Assembly: GCA_963713045.1 (NCBI GenBank)
Contig: CAVQKE010000006.1
Span: forward strand, 96,001-160,000
Length of the DNA stretch: 64,000 bases
Direction of reading: 5' to 3'
From: an uncultured delta proteobacterium
GTDB taxonomy: Bacteria > Myxococcota > Myxococcia > Myxococcales > Myxococcaceae
This document shows positions 50,419-60,413 of the stretch, piece by piece. The notes under the pieces are model-generated. The model searched no databases. It was given only the letters and a program-made list of their open reading frames with translations, and was not told the DNA's origin. A program made the position numbers and the translations under genes. Numbering within the stretch: the first letter of the stretch is position 1; each line of letters begins with the position of its first letter.

Positions 50419-51432
50419 TTACAGGACGCGCCGTCGCCCGGCGCCTTCGCTTTGGGCCCGTGCCACGGCCAGGGCGTGCTCGACGATGGCCCCGGCGATG
50501 TCCACCCCGGTGGCGCGTTCCAGCCCTTCAAAGCCGGGCGAGGAGTTGACTTCCAGCACCTTGGGGCCTTCCCGTGTTTCCAGTAGGTCCACCCCGGCCA
50601 CCTCGAGGCCCACCAGGCGCGCTGCCGTCACTGCCGCCTCCAGGTAGCCGGCGGACAGCTTGGCAGCCCGCCCGCGTCCTCCGCGGTGCAGGTTGCTGCG
50701 GAATTCCCCCCGCTTGGCCCGGCGGCGCATGGCCGCGACCACCTGTCCCCCCACCACCAGCGCGCGGACGTCGCGGCCCCGCGATTCGGCGATGAATTCT
50801 TGAAGGACGATGTCCTCCCCCAAGTCCGAAAACGTCGCGAGGATGCCTTCCAGCTCTTCCAAGGTGGAGGCCAGCATGACGCCCACGCCTTGGGTGCCGC
50901 GGACCAGCTTGACGATGGCTGGAAGCCCACCGACGTCTTTCAGCAAGCGGGGAACGTTGCTTCGGTCCCGGGCCATGACGGTGCGGGGGATGTCCAGCCC
51001 GAAGCGCGCCAGCAGCTGCAAGCACCGCAGCTTGTCGCGGCTGCGGGCGATGGGGGCCGCGTTGTTGAGGACGGCAACGCCCATCATGTCGAACTGGCTG
51101 ACCACCGCCAGGCCGTAGCTGGTGATGGAAGCGCCGATGCGCGGAATGACGACGTGCACATTGCGCAACGCAACACCCCGGTACGTCATTCGAGGCTCGC
51201 CGCGGGAGAGAATGAGGCTGCAGCGCAGCGTGTCCAGCACCAGGGGCCGGTGCCGGCGCGCCTTGACGGCCTCCACCAGGCGCCGGGTGGAGTACAGCGA
51301 GCGCTTTCGGCTGAGGATGGCGATGACTTTGCCATCCAACGGGACGGCAGGGGCGTGCCGCAGCGTCACCGCCGGCCGCGCCTTCTTGCTTTGCTTCGAT
51401 GGAGGCACGGGGGCCAGCGCGCTTCCCCCCAC
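50419..51432 (-). CDS. rimK: RimK family alpha-L-glutamate ligase
   Basis: LYSTRRL, PRIGASIT, GTQGVGV, FRSNLHRGG, EVNSSPG; start uncertain. Confidence 0.88.
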   Translation of the reverse strand: MGGSALAPVPPSKQSKKARPAVTLRHAPAVPLDGKVIAILSRKRSLYSTRRLVEAVKARRHRPLVLDTLRCSLILSRGEPRMTYRGVALRNVHVVIPRIGASITSYGLAVVSQFDMMGVAVLNNAAPIARSRDKLRCLQLLARFGLDIPRTVMARDRSNVPRLLKDVGGLPAIVKLVRGTQGVGVMLASTLEELEGILATFSDLGEDIVLQEFIAESRGRDVRALVVGGQVVAAMRRRAKRGEFRSNLHRGGRGRAAKLSAGYLEAAVTAARLVGLEVAGVDLLETREGPKVLEVNSSPGFEGLERATGVDIAGAIVEHALAVARAQSEGAGRRRVL

Positions 51433-51526
51433 AAGGGAAGCCCGGGGCCGCGGAAAATAGCACGGCCACCGCCTTCATTGCCCCTGCTGGCCGCAGCGTG
51501 CTAGCCGCGTACCGGGCCAACCCGCC

Positions 51527-54463
51527 ATGCGCGACGTCGAGGAAACACACGACTGGAAGCACACGCTGAACCTTCCGCGCACGGACTTTCCGATGAAGGG
51601 AAACCTTCAGGCCCTCGAGCCGCGGATGTTGGCCCGGTGGCAGGCGGAAGGCACTTGGAGGGCGATGCTCGCCGCCAACGCTCACCAGCCGCGCTTTCTC
51701 TTCCATGACGGGCCGCCCTACGCCAACGGCCACATCCACGCCGGCACCGCGCTCAACAACGTCCTGAAGGACTTCGTGGTCAAGGCACAAAACATGTCGG
51801 GCCGGCTGTGCGACTTCATCCCCGGCTGGGACTGCCACGGTCTTCCCATTGAACGGGCGGTGGAGAAGCGGCTGAAAGAAGAGAAAGTCGACCGGCGCAC
51901 TCTGTCGCGGGAGGACTTCCTCGCGCGCTGCCGGGCCTACGCCCAGCAGTACATTGACATCCAGAGGGCCGAGCTCCGGCGCCTCGGCCTCTTCGCGGAC
52001 TGGGACACGCCCTACATCACCCTCGCCTTTGACTATGAGGCGCAGGAGATTCGCGAACTCGCCCGCGTCGCCCGTCGCGGTCTGCTCTACCGCAAGAAGA
52101 AGGCCGTCTATTGGTGCATCACCGACCAGACCGCCCTGGCCGAAGCAGACATTGACTACCAGGACCACACCAGCCCTTCCATCTACGTGGCCTTCGGCAC
52201 CGAACCGGCTGCCGGTCCGCTCGGCAGGCACGAGCGTCCGGAAGCGCTGGCGGAGGCCTTCCCCTTTCTCCGGGGCCACGCCGTGGACTTGGCCATCTGG
52301 ACCACCACGCCCTGGACGTTGCCCGCCAACCTGGCGGTGGCGGTGCACCCGGACTTCACCTACGTCTTCTACGACTTGGGGCCGAGGGTCCTGGTGGTGG
52401 CGAAGGATTTGCTACCGCGGCTATTGGGCGAGATTGCGCCGGCACATTTGCAGGTGCGCACGCTGAAGGCGGAAGGCGCAGAGCTGAATGCTGCCGGCCT
52501 GGTCGACCCCCGGCGGATACTTGGCTACGCCTCGGGGCGCGAGCTGGAAGGGTTTGCCTACCGCCACCCCTTTTCCGACCGGCAGGGCTTCATCGTGCTG
52601 GGCGAACACGTGACGCTGGAGCAAGGGACGGGCCTGGTCCACACCGCGCCCGGGCATGGCGCCGAGGATTATGCCGTCGGAGAGGCTTATGGGCTGGACG
52701 CCTACAATCCAGTTCTCGCCGACGGGCGATTTGATGACACCGTCCAACCGCCGTCGCTGAAAGGCGTCCGCGTCTTCGACGCCAACCCGCAGATTGTCCA
52801 GCTGCTGGTGGCCAAGGGCGCCCTCCTCAACCGCCCGGGCGAGTCCATCACCCACAGCTACCCGCACTGCGACCGCTGCAAGAGTCCGGTCATTTTTCGC
52901 GCCACGCCGCAGTGGTTCGTCAGCTTGGACCGCCCGCTCGACGGCGCCAGCGGTCCTTCGTTGCGCTCCGAAGCGCTGCAGCAGGTGGACCAAGCGGTGG
53001 AGTGGATTCCGGAGTGGGGGAAGCAGCGCATTCGCGGCATGTTGGAGAACCGGCCCGACTGGACGCTGAGCCGCCAGCGTTTGTGGGGCGTGCCCATTCC
53101 GGTGGCGCTGTGCGACCGCTGCGGGGAGGGACTGGTCAGTCCAGAATTGATGGACGCGGTGGCTGCCGTCGTCCAGCAAGAAGGCGCTGGGGCTTGGTAC
53201 CGGCTGCCGCTGCAGACCTTCCTCCCGAAACCTCCCCGCTGTGGGGCCTGTGGAGGGCAGGCCTGGAGCAAGGGCATGGACATTCTCGACGTCTGGTTTG
53301 ACTCGGCTTGCTCCTTCGCGGTGGTGATGGAGCCGCGCTACGGCCCTGGGCCGGTGGACCTCTACCTGGAAGGCTCAGACCAGCACCGTGGTTGGTTTCA
53401 CAGCTCGCTGTTGGTGAGTGTCGCGACGCGCGACCGAGCGCCCTACCGGCGCGTCCTCACCCACGGCTTCGTCGTCGACGGCGAGGGACGCAAGATGTCC
53501 AAAAGCGTCGGCAACGTCGTTGCCCCGGACAAAATCATCTCCCAGTACGGTGCTGAGCTGCTGCGGCTGTGGGTCGCCTCCAGTGACTACCGCGATGACA
53601 TTCGGCTGTCGGACGGCATCCTCAAAAGTCTTGCCGAGGGGTACCGAAAAATCCGCAACACCCTGCGCTATGCCCTCAGTAACCTGGCTGACTTCGACCC
53701 CGCCCGGGACGCCGTGCCGGACGAAGCGCTTCTGCCACTGGACCGCTGGGCGACGGGGCGCCTCGAGGAGCTGGTGGCGCGGGTCCGGCGCGCCTACGAC
53801 GCCTATGAATTTCACGTGGTCTACCACGCGGTGGTGGACTTTTGCGGCAACGACTTGAGCGCGCTGTACTTCGACATTTCAAAGGACCGGCTCTACACCT
53901 GGAAGACGGACGGCCAGCCCCGACGGAGCGGCCAGACGACGCTGTACCGCGTGGCGGCTGACTTGCTGAGACTGCTGGCCCCGGTGATGTCCTTCACCGC
54001 CGAGGAGGCGTGGGCCTTCCTTCCTGCCGCCCCGACGCCGAGCGTCTTTCTCGCCGGTCTCCCGGAGGTGAAAGGGCGGATGCCGGCCGAGTTGGGAGAG
54101 CGGTACGAAAGACTGTTCGCCATCCGTTCGGTGGTGCAGAAGCAGCTGGAAACGGCGCGGCAGGACAAGTTGATTGGTGCCTCGCTCGAGGCCAAGGTGC
54201 TGCTGCATGCCGAGGAGGCGGACCGGGAGTTTTTGCAGCGCCATTTGGCCGAGCTGCCCGGACTCTTCATCGTCAGCCAGGTGGAGCTGGTGCAGTCCCC
54301 CACCGCAGGCATGCAGCGCGTTTCTGGGACCAGCCACTTCGAAGCGCTTGGGGTGGAGGTGCGGCCGGCAGATGGAAGCAAATGCCCCCGGTGCTGGACG
54401 TATGCCGTCGAGGTGGCCGCCGGGGCCCCGGTCTGCAACAAGTGCCGGGCGGCCCTCGGCTGA
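51527..54463 (+). CDS. ileS: Isoleucyl-tRNA synthetase (type 1)
   Basis: HDGPPYANG, WTTTPWT, EGSDQHRGWF, KMSKS, C-terminal CPRCW Zn finger. Confidence 0.98.
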   Translation: MRDVEETHDWKHTLNLPRTDFPMKGNLQALEPRMLARWQAEGTWRAMLAANAHQPRFLFHDGPPYANGHIHAGTALNNVLKDFVVKAQNMSGRLCDFIPGWDCHGLPIERAVEKRLKEEKVDRRTLSREDFLARCRAYAQQYIDIQRAELRRLGLFADWDTPYITLAFDYEAQEIRELARVARRGLLYRKKKAVYWCITDQTALAEADIDYQDHTSPSIYVAFGTEPAAGPLGRHERPEALAEAFPFLRGHAVDLAIWTTTPWTLPANLAVAVHPDFTYVFYDLGPRVLVVAKDLLPRLLGEIAPAHLQVRTLKAEGAELNAAGLVDPRRILGYASGRELEGFAYRHPFSDRQGFIVLGEHVTLEQGTGLVHTAPGHGAEDYAVGEAYGLDAYNPVLADGRFDDTVQPPSLKGVRVFDANPQIVQLLVAKGALLNRPGESITHSYPHCDRCKSPVIFRATPQWFVSLDRPLDGASGPSLRSEALQQVDQAVEWIPEWGKQRIRGMLENRPDWTLSRQRLWGVPIPVALCDRCGEGLVSPELMDAVAAVVQQEGAGAWYRLPLQTFLPKPPRCGACGGQAWSKGMDILDVWFDSACSFAVVMEPRYGPGPVDLYLEGSDQHRGWFHSSLLVSVATRDRAPYRRVLTHGFVVDGEGRKMSKSVGNVVAPDKIISQYGAELLRLWVASSDYRDDIRLSDGILKSLAEGYRKIRNTLRYALSNLADFDPARDAVPDEALLPLDRWATGRLEELVARVRRAYDAYEFHVVYHAVVDFCGNDLSALYFDISKDRLYTWKTDGQPRRSGQTTLYRVAADLLRLLAPVMSFTAEEAWAFLPAAPTPSVFLAGLPEVKGRMPAELGERYERLFAIRSVVQKQLETARQDKLIGASLEAKVLLHAEEADREFLQRHLAELPGLFIVSQVELVQSPTAGMQRVSGTSHFEALGVEVRPADGSKCPRCWTYAVEVAAGAPVCNKCRAALG

Positions 54464-54494
54464 GTGCGGCTCGCCGTGGTAAGGCCCCGGCAAC

Positions 54495-55103
54495 GTGCAA
54501 AAGAAACTCGGCCTTCTCTTCGCAATCGCCTTCGCCGTGGTGGTGGTCGACCAGGCAGTGAAGTATTGGATGGTGGGGGAACTCACCACCCGCTTCGACG
54601 GCCTGCCGACAGTCGGGGCACGGCTGCATGCGCTGTACGGCGCGCCGCCGCCGGAGGGCTTTGACGGGCTGCACTTTCGGCCCAAGCACTCCATCACGGT
54701 GAGCCCGGACTACTTGCGCATCCGCTACGCGGAAAACACGGGTGCGGCCTTCGGCCTCTTCCGTGGGCTACCGCCTGGAATCCGCGGCCTGTTGTTTCAC
54801 CTGGTGTCCATTGGCGCGGTGGTGCTCATCACCGTGTACTACCTGCGCCTGTCCAGCACCGCCCCGGAGGAGCGCTTCGCCCGCATCGGCCTTCCGCTGG
54901 TGCTGGGCGGAGCGCTGGGCAACTACCTCGACCGACTGGCCCGAGGCTTCGTCATCGACTTCATCGAAGCGCACTGGCACGACCGCGCCACCTGGCCCTC
55001 CTTCAACGTGGCCGACAGCTGCATTGTGGTGGGGGTCGGCCTGCTGTTGTTGGACGGCCTTCTGCGCCGCGAGCGCAAGGTGGAGGTCTCCCCTGGCGGC
55101 TGA
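54495..55103 (+). CDS. lspA: Signal peptidase II
   Basis: DQAVK, ENTGAAFG, GALGNYLDR, VIDFI, FNVAD. Confidence 0.95.
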   Translation: MQKKLGLLFAIAFAVVVVDQAVKYWMVGELTTRFDGLPTVGARLHALYGAPPPEGFDGLHFRPKHSITVSPDYLRIRYAENTGAAFGLFRGLPPGIRGLLFHLVSIGAVVLITVYYLRLSSTAPEERFARIGLPLVLGGALGNYLDRLARGFVIDFIEAHWHDRATWPSFNVADSCIVVGVGLLLLDGLLRRERKVEVSPGG

Positions 55104-55159
55104 GCGAGCTTGCCAGTTGGCAAGGCGCGCCCGCGTGTTAGGAGTGAAGCCCCAATCCC

Positions 55160-56461
55160 ATGCTTCCCGTCTTCTTCGACATCCGCTTTGAGACGCCCCT
55201 CTCCTGGGCGGTGCTGTACGCCGTCGGCCTGCTGGTCATCGCCTATGGGGCCTGGGCCGGTTGGCGCAGCGCGGTCGGCCCCCTCAACCCGAAAACCGGG
55301 CTACCGACAGTGGCTTCGCCGAAGGAGCGGGCCGGCCGTGCCGCCAGCTTCGGCCTGGTCTTCGCCCTCTTCGTCCGACTCGGCCTGTTGTACGCGCTGC
55401 CGGCCGGTGCCTTTCTCGGCAAGCGCGGCCAGGGCTTCCCGCTGCATACCTACGGGCTCTTGTTGATGACGGCCTTTTTGGCGGGCGCCGCGGTGTGCGG
55501 TCGCCTGGCCGAGCGCGACTGGCCGGGCGAGGAGGGGCGCCGCAAGCGCGAGCAGATGGCCGACGTGTCCCTGTGGGCCCTCATCGGCGCCTTCATCGGC
55601 AGCCGCCTTCTCTTCATGCTGGTGAATTGGCAGGACACCGTCGCCGCCGTCCCGACGCTGCTCCAGGACTTCCCGACGCACCTCTTCGACTGGCTCTTCG
55701 GCGGCCTCGTCTTTTATGGAGGGTTTGTCGGGGCGGTGGCCACCACCTGGTGGTATGCCCGGAAGCACAACATCCCCTACCTCCGCCTTGCCGACGTCGC
55801 CATCCCCGGTGTCGCGTTGGGCCAATGCATCGGCCGCCTGGGGTGTTTCAGCGCCGGCTGCTGCTGGGGACGTCCCGCCAACCATCTGGACTGGGCGGTC
55901 CGGTTTCCGGGAGCCTCCGTGGCGCGGGACATTTTCGGCAGACTGACCCACACCGCTGCCTTGGCGTTCTCCTCCGAGGCCAACGACACCCATCGCTGGG
56001 TGGTGGAGTCGACTGGGCAAATTCTGCACCATCCGCAGCCGGGAGCGGTCCTGCTCAGCCAATGGGCAGCCGAGCACGGCACCACCCTGCCGCTGCACCC
56101 CACCCAGCTGTATGAGTCGATTGGACAGCTGGTGCTCTTCGCGCTGCTCCTGGTCGCGCGTCGGTACAAGCGGTTTCACGGAGAAATTCTCGCCCTGTGG
56201 TTGATGGCCTACGCCGTGCTTCGGACGACGGTGGAATTGTTTCGTGGGGACCTCGAGCGAGGCACCCTGCATGGCTTTTTGGAATCCTTTGGGCTGACGG
56301 GGCTGGCGGACAAGTTTCCGCCCGAGGCCTGGTACAACCTGTCCACCAGTCAAATCATCTCCCTGGGGATGTTTGCGGCTGGCGCGGCACTGTTGGTGCG
56401 GGGGTTCCGGGGACTTCAGCCCTTGCCACCGCTGCCGTCCAGTGTCCCGGCCGCTGCCTGA
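55160..56461 (+). CDS. lgt: Prolipoprotein diacylglyceryl transferase (extended form)
   Basis: YG, GSRL, GLVFYGG, GRLGCF, HPTQLYE. Confidence 0.9.
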   Translation: MLPVFFDIRFETPLSWAVLYAVGLLVIAYGAWAGWRSAVGPLNPKTGLPTVASPKERAGRAASFGLVFALFVRLGLLYALPAGAFLGKRGQGFPLHTYGLLLMTAFLAGAAVCGRLAERDWPGEEGRRKREQMADVSLWALIGAFIGSRLLFMLVNWQDTVAAVPTLLQDFPTHLFDWLFGGLVFYGGFVGAVATTWWYARKHNIPYLRLADVAIPGVALGQCIGRLGCFSAGCCWGRPANHLDWAVRFPGASVARDIFGRLTHTAALAFSSEANDTHRWVVESTGQILHHPQPGAVLLSQWAAEHGTTLPLHPTQLYESIGQLVLFALLLVARRYKRFHGEILALWLMAYAVLRTTVELFRGDLERGTLHGFLESFGLTGLADKFPPEAWYNLSTSQIISLGMFAAGAALLVRGFRGLQPLPPLPSSVPAAA

Positions 56462-56539
56462 GGAACGCGCCGACGGCGTGCTAGCCTTGGCGGCGCGCCG
56501 CGCAAACCGGGGGCAGACGGAAGAGGAGAGTGCTTGGGG

Positions 56540-58273
56540 ATGCGAAACGCTGGCCTTTGGGGCTTCCTGTCGTCCGCCGCGCTGCTGCTTCTGACGGCCT
56601 GTTCATCGACGTCCACCGGCGAGGCGACGCTGTGCGCGTCCGGATGCAGCGCGGGGCTGACCTGCATGCAGAACGCGGACTTTCCCTTGGGCGCCTGTAC
56701 CGCCCCCTGTAGCGGTGTCGGCGCCAGCTGTCCGACTGGGTCGGTTTGCACGCCGTTGTTGTCCACCGGCAGCAGCTACTGCCTGGAGACGTGCAACCCC
56801 AGCGCCACGCCCCCCTGTCCCAACCAAGGGGTGTGCACCAGCACCTCGGTGGGTAGCCTGTGCCTACCTGCCTCCGAATCGCTGGCGACGCCGATGAGTT
56901 GTCCAGCACCACAGTTGGTGGTGGGTCCGCCGGCCGGGCCGGACGCCAGGCCCGCTTGCCAAACACCGGTGGTGACAAGCGTCTTGGCGTCCTCGGCCGT
57001 GCAGTCCCTGGGCGTCCACAATCCCGGGGACACGGTGACGTTTCAGGTGCCCGCTGGCGCGGCGGGCTTTTCGATTCTCTCGCAAGCCATGCCCCTGCCG
57101 GATGGGGGCCAGCCACCGGACGCCTTTCTGGACTGTCAGGGGACGCCCTTCCCCAATGTGCCGATGCCGACGCCGGTGACGACGCCCCAGGGTGCCACCT
57201 TCTATGACGTCACGGCCCCCTCGCCCTTCGACGCCACCACCACGCTTTTGTTTTACTACCCCGTCGGCGGAGAGCAGCCCTACACCCAGGCGCTCACCTT
57301 CCCCAACACCACCGCCGGCCTGGCGCTGTCGCTGGACGGCGGCCTCCCCGGCGGGCAGTGGAGTTTCGCCGTCAACGACTTCGCCAATGAAAATGTCGCC
57401 CTCTTTGGGACCGGGCTGTGTGACGCGGGGACCCTGCGCAACAGCTACAACGTCTCGGTGGTGGTGACGCCTGGGGCGCTGCCAGCGGCGCCGCAATTCA
57501 CCGCGGACGTCTACCTGGTAACCGAGACGCTGGATGCCGGGACCGCCATCAACAACGCGGCATTCCAGCGCTTCGCCAACAGTTACGCCGGCATTTTTGC
57601 CGCCGGAGGCGCGTGCGTGAAGACGGTGACGGTCCACGACGTGCCGCAGTGGGCGAAAGATGTTTACGCGTCCCTGCCGACGGTCGACTACAACGTCATC
57701 GCGCAGCCGTGCAGCGATTTCCGGCAGATGTTCACCCTGGCCCTGCCCGGGTCTTCCGTCGCCCTCTTCCTCGTCGACGAGTTGGCACCACCCGACGCGC
57801 AGGGGGACCAAATTGTCGGAATCGACGGCTCCATCCCCGGCATGGGAACCTTCAACGGCACCATTGCCGGCGGCGCGGCGGTGTCGGTCGCCGACTTATT
57901 CAGCGCCTCCAGCTGCAACGGGGCCCTCACCCCCTTCTGCGGCGCCGACCGGACTGCCCTCATTGCCGCCCACGAGTCGGGGCACTTCCTCGGCCTGTAC
58001 CACCCCACCGAGGAGACGGGCGACCTCTTCGACCCGCTGACCGACACCGGCGCCTGCGTCTGCGCGCTGTGCGAGACGGGAGCGCTTGCCGCCAACTGCA
58101 GCGACGGCGGCACCCCGACCCTGGTGGATGACACGGTGTGCTCGGGCACCACGCAGCTGTGCGGCGGGGCGAACCTCCTCATGTTTTGGATTCTCACCCC
58201 TTCCTCGCGCGGCCAGCTCTCGCCCCAGGAGGTGGCCGTCATGCGCACCAACCCGGTGCTCTCCCAGCCCTAG
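56540..58273 (+). CDS. Cys-rich lipoprotein with metzincin zinc-protease motif
   Basis: Lipobox LTA|C, Cys-rich N-terminus, HESGHFLGLYH, Met-turn NLLMFW. Confidence 0.75.
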   Translation: MRNAGLWGFLSSAALLLLTACSSTSTGEATLCASGCSAGLTCMQNADFPLGACTAPCSGVGASCPTGSVCTPLLSTGSSYCLETCNPSATPPCPNQGVCTSTSVGSLCLPASESLATPMSCPAPQLVVGPPAGPDARPACQTPVVTSVLASSAVQSLGVHNPGDTVTFQVPAGAAGFSILSQAMPLPDGGQPPDAFLDCQGTPFPNVPMPTPVTTPQGATFYDVTAPSPFDATTTLLFYYPVGGEQPYTQALTFPNTTAGLALSLDGGLPGGQWSFAVNDFANENVALFGTGLCDAGTLRNSYNVSVVVTPGALPAAPQFTADVYLVTETLDAGTAINNAAFQRFANSYAGIFAAGGACVKTVTVHDVPQWAKDVYASLPTVDYNVIAQPCSDFRQMFTLALPGSSVALFLVDELAPPDAQGDQIVGIDGSIPGMGTFNGTIAGGAAVSVADLFSASSCNGALTPFCGADRTALIAAHESGHFLGLYHPTEETGDLFDPLTDTGACVCALCETGALAANCSDGGTPTLVDDTVCSGTTQLCGGANLLMFWILTPSSRGQLSPQEVAVMRTNPVLSQP

Positions 58274-58337
58274 GTGGGCGGCGCCCCCACGCCAAGGCCT
58301 TGCGCCCGGGCGAAGGTTGCTGAAATTCTCCTGAGGG

Positions 58338-59195
58338 ATGGCCACCCCACGCTCCGAGGCCGAGCAGCGACTTGCCGAGTCCGAGGCTCTGCCGCGCGAG
58401 CTGGACGAGCTGGAAGTCGCCCTGACGGAGTTGAAGGCGCACTATGAACAGTACTTTTTGGGCGTCGACCGCCACCCGCCGACGAAGGCCGATGGCGCAG
58501 TCCGCCAGCGTCTGGCTCGCCTCCGGGGGAGCCACTTCCGCAGCGCGGTGCTGAAGTTTCGCATTCAGGCACTCCAGCAGCGCTTCACCACCTACGACCG
58601 GCTTTGGCAGCGCACGCTGAGTGAGATGGAGAACGGCACCTACCAGCGGGATTTGGCCAAAGCGCGACGCCGTCGGAAGACAGCGGAGACGCCAGCCGCC
58701 GAGGCGCCAGCGCCCCCGCCGGTTGCGCCCGCATCGGCCGGCCCGGCTGCGCCGGCGGCCCTGGCCCCCATTCCTACGGGGACCCAAGGTGGAGGCGGCA
58801 GGACGCCTTTGGCGTCCGTGCCCACCGGCACCCAAAGCGGCGCCACCCGGCCCGGGCCGGTGCCCGCGGTGGCCCCGGTGGCCATTCCCATCGGTACCCA
58901 AGGCGGGGTGCGCCGGGCGCCGGTGGCCCCCATTCCCACCGGGACCCAAGGGGCCGTGGCCCGGGCGACGGCGGAGGCCCTGGCGGAGCCGCGGCTGCGG
59001 GCCGTGTACCAGGCCTACCTGGCCGCGAAGAAAAGCTGCAAGGAGGACGTGAGTCGTCTCAGCTACGAGTCGGTTGCCGACTCTCTCCGCAAGCAAGTTC
59101 CGGAGCTACTTGAGCGTCACGGCGCGCGCGACGTGGAGTACAAGGTGGTGGTGAAAGACGGCAAGGCCGTCCTGCGGGCCGTGCCCAAGACTTGA
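58338..59195 (+). CDS. MXAN_5187 C-terminal-domain-like protein with repeat linker
   Basis: YEQYFLG...W.R.L..ME.GTY N-terminal domain; YQAYLAAK...KVVVKDGKAVLRAVPK C-terminal domain. Confidence 0.7.
   Translation: MATPRSEAEQRLAESEALPRELDELEVALTELKAHYEQYFLGVDRHPPTKADGAVRQRLARLRGSHFRSAVLKFRIQALQQRFTTYDRLWQRTLSEMENGTYQRDLAKARRRRKTAETPAAEAPAPPPVAPASAGPAAPAALAPIPTGTQGGGGRTPLASVPTGTQSGATRPGPVPAVAPVAIPIGTQGGVRRAPVAPIPTGTQGAVARATAEALAEPRLRAVYQAYLAAKKSCKEDVSRLSYESVADSLRKQVPELLERHGARDVEYKVVVKDGKAVLRAVPKT
58767..58951 (+). repeat. Four in-frame [IV]P[TI]GTQ[GS] repeats
   Basis: PIPTGTQG, SVPTGTQS, AIPIGTQG, PIPTGTQG. Confidence 0.8.
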
Positions 59196-59235
59196 GGGTT
59201 GTGGGCTCACCTTGCTGCCAGACGCGTTGTCCGAC

Positions 59236-59493
59236 ATGCCCGTGAGTCGCTGGATGCCTCCCTTCCTCGTCAGTGTGGCCGCCCTTCTTGCAGGCGCCTG
59301 CAACCCGTGCCCCAGTACCCACACCGCACTGGTGTCGCCCGACGGCGGCACGGTGCACTGTGTCACCGCGGAGGACTGCCCTCGGACGGGGAACGAGACG
59401 GTGTGCACCACCAACCCGCCGGAGAACCTCACCACCAATTGCCTTTCCTGCGTGTCGACGGCCTGCCTTCGGGTGGTGGTGACGTGCCCCTAA
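59236..59493 (+). CDS. Small Cys-rich lipoprotein
   Basis: LLAGA|C lipobox, 9 Cys in about 60 mature residues. Confidence 0.65.
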   Translation: MPVSRWMPPFLVSVAALLAGACNPCPSTHTALVSPDGGTVHCVTAEDCPRTGNETVCTTNPPENLTTNCLSCVSTACLRVVVTCP

Positions 59494-60410
59494 GAGGCCT
59501 TCTGCTGCCGGCCCTTTTGGCCCTGGGCTGCAGCCGCACGCCCGAGGAGCACCTGGTGGCCGCCCGGGACGCCGACTTTGAGCAGCGCCCACAGACGGCA
59601 CTGCGCGAGTACCGGCTGGCCTTGGACGCGGCGGGGAAGGACAGCTCGCCCGCGGCGGTGGCGGTGCGGGCCAGGGCACTGCGGGGGGCGGCGGACATCT
59701 ACTACCTGGAGCTCCGCGACGTGGCCAAGGCCCTGGGCGTCTACCGAGAATTGGTGGCCCAGGCGCCAGAGGCGCCGGAGACGGTGGATGGGCACGTCCT
59801 TCTGGCGGAGATTCTGCACCACCACTACCACGACTTGCGTGGAGCCATTGCCGAGCTGACGGCAGCCCTGGCGCGCAAGCCGGCGCGCGCCGACGAATTG
59901 GCCTACGCGGTGTGCAAACTGTATTTCGAGCTGGGGGACTACCAACAGTGCACCATCGAGGTCGACAAGCTGGTGCAGGGCTCGCCCGCGTCCCCGCGCG
60001 TGCCGGACGCCCTCTTCCTGTCAGGGCAGGCCTACGCCATGCAGGAGGCAACGCGCGCACAAGCTGAGCACGCCTTCCAGACGTTGGCCGAGCGCTACCC
60101 AAGCAATGAATTGGCCCCGCATGCCCTTTTTGAGTTGGGGAAGCTGCGGGCAGAAGAGGGGGACAGTCCCGGCGCCATCAAAGCTTGGGTGGCGGCGCTT
60201 CCCCACCATCCGGACCCCAAGGTGGTGCAGGCGGCCATCGCCCGCATTCGCGCGCGCATCGCCGAGACGACACCGGCTGGGATGGGACAGGCGGCCGCCT
60301 TCGCCAAAGGGGAATTGGCGCCGCACCACCCGCGAGAAAACCAGGCCAAGACGAGTGCGGAGGCCGCCGGCGGGACGGCCGCCGAAGCAGCGAAGGAGCA
60401 CGGGGACTAA
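59484..60410 (+). CDS. TPR lipoprotein
   Basis: LLALG|C lipobox; TPR-like helices (DALFLSG, HALFELG); start uncertain. Confidence 0.75.
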   Translation: MPLRGLLLPALLALGCSRTPEEHLVAARDADFEQRPQTALREYRLALDAAGKDSSPAAVAVRARALRGAADIYYLELRDVAKALGVYRELVAQAPEAPETVDGHVLLAEILHHHYHDLRGAIAELTAALARKPARADELAYAVCKLYFELGDYQQCTIEVDKLVQGSPASPRVPDALFLSGQAYAMQEATRAQAEHAFQTLAERYPSNELAPHALFELGKLRAEEGDSPGAIKAWVAALPHHPDPKVVQAAIARIRARIAETTPAGMGQAAAFAKGELAPHHPRENQAKTSAEAAGGTAAEAAKEHGD

Positions 60411-60413
60411 GCC

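Noticed and set aside
45831..51432. Genomic island integrated at tRNA-Gln
   Set aside because: No integrase, no duplicated tRNA 3' end noticed, and no compositional shift.
51700..51760. IleRS HIGH motif reading HAGT as a mupirocin-resistance signature
   Set aside because: The enzyme is type 1 with a C-terminal Zn finger; HIGH variation alone does not support resistance.
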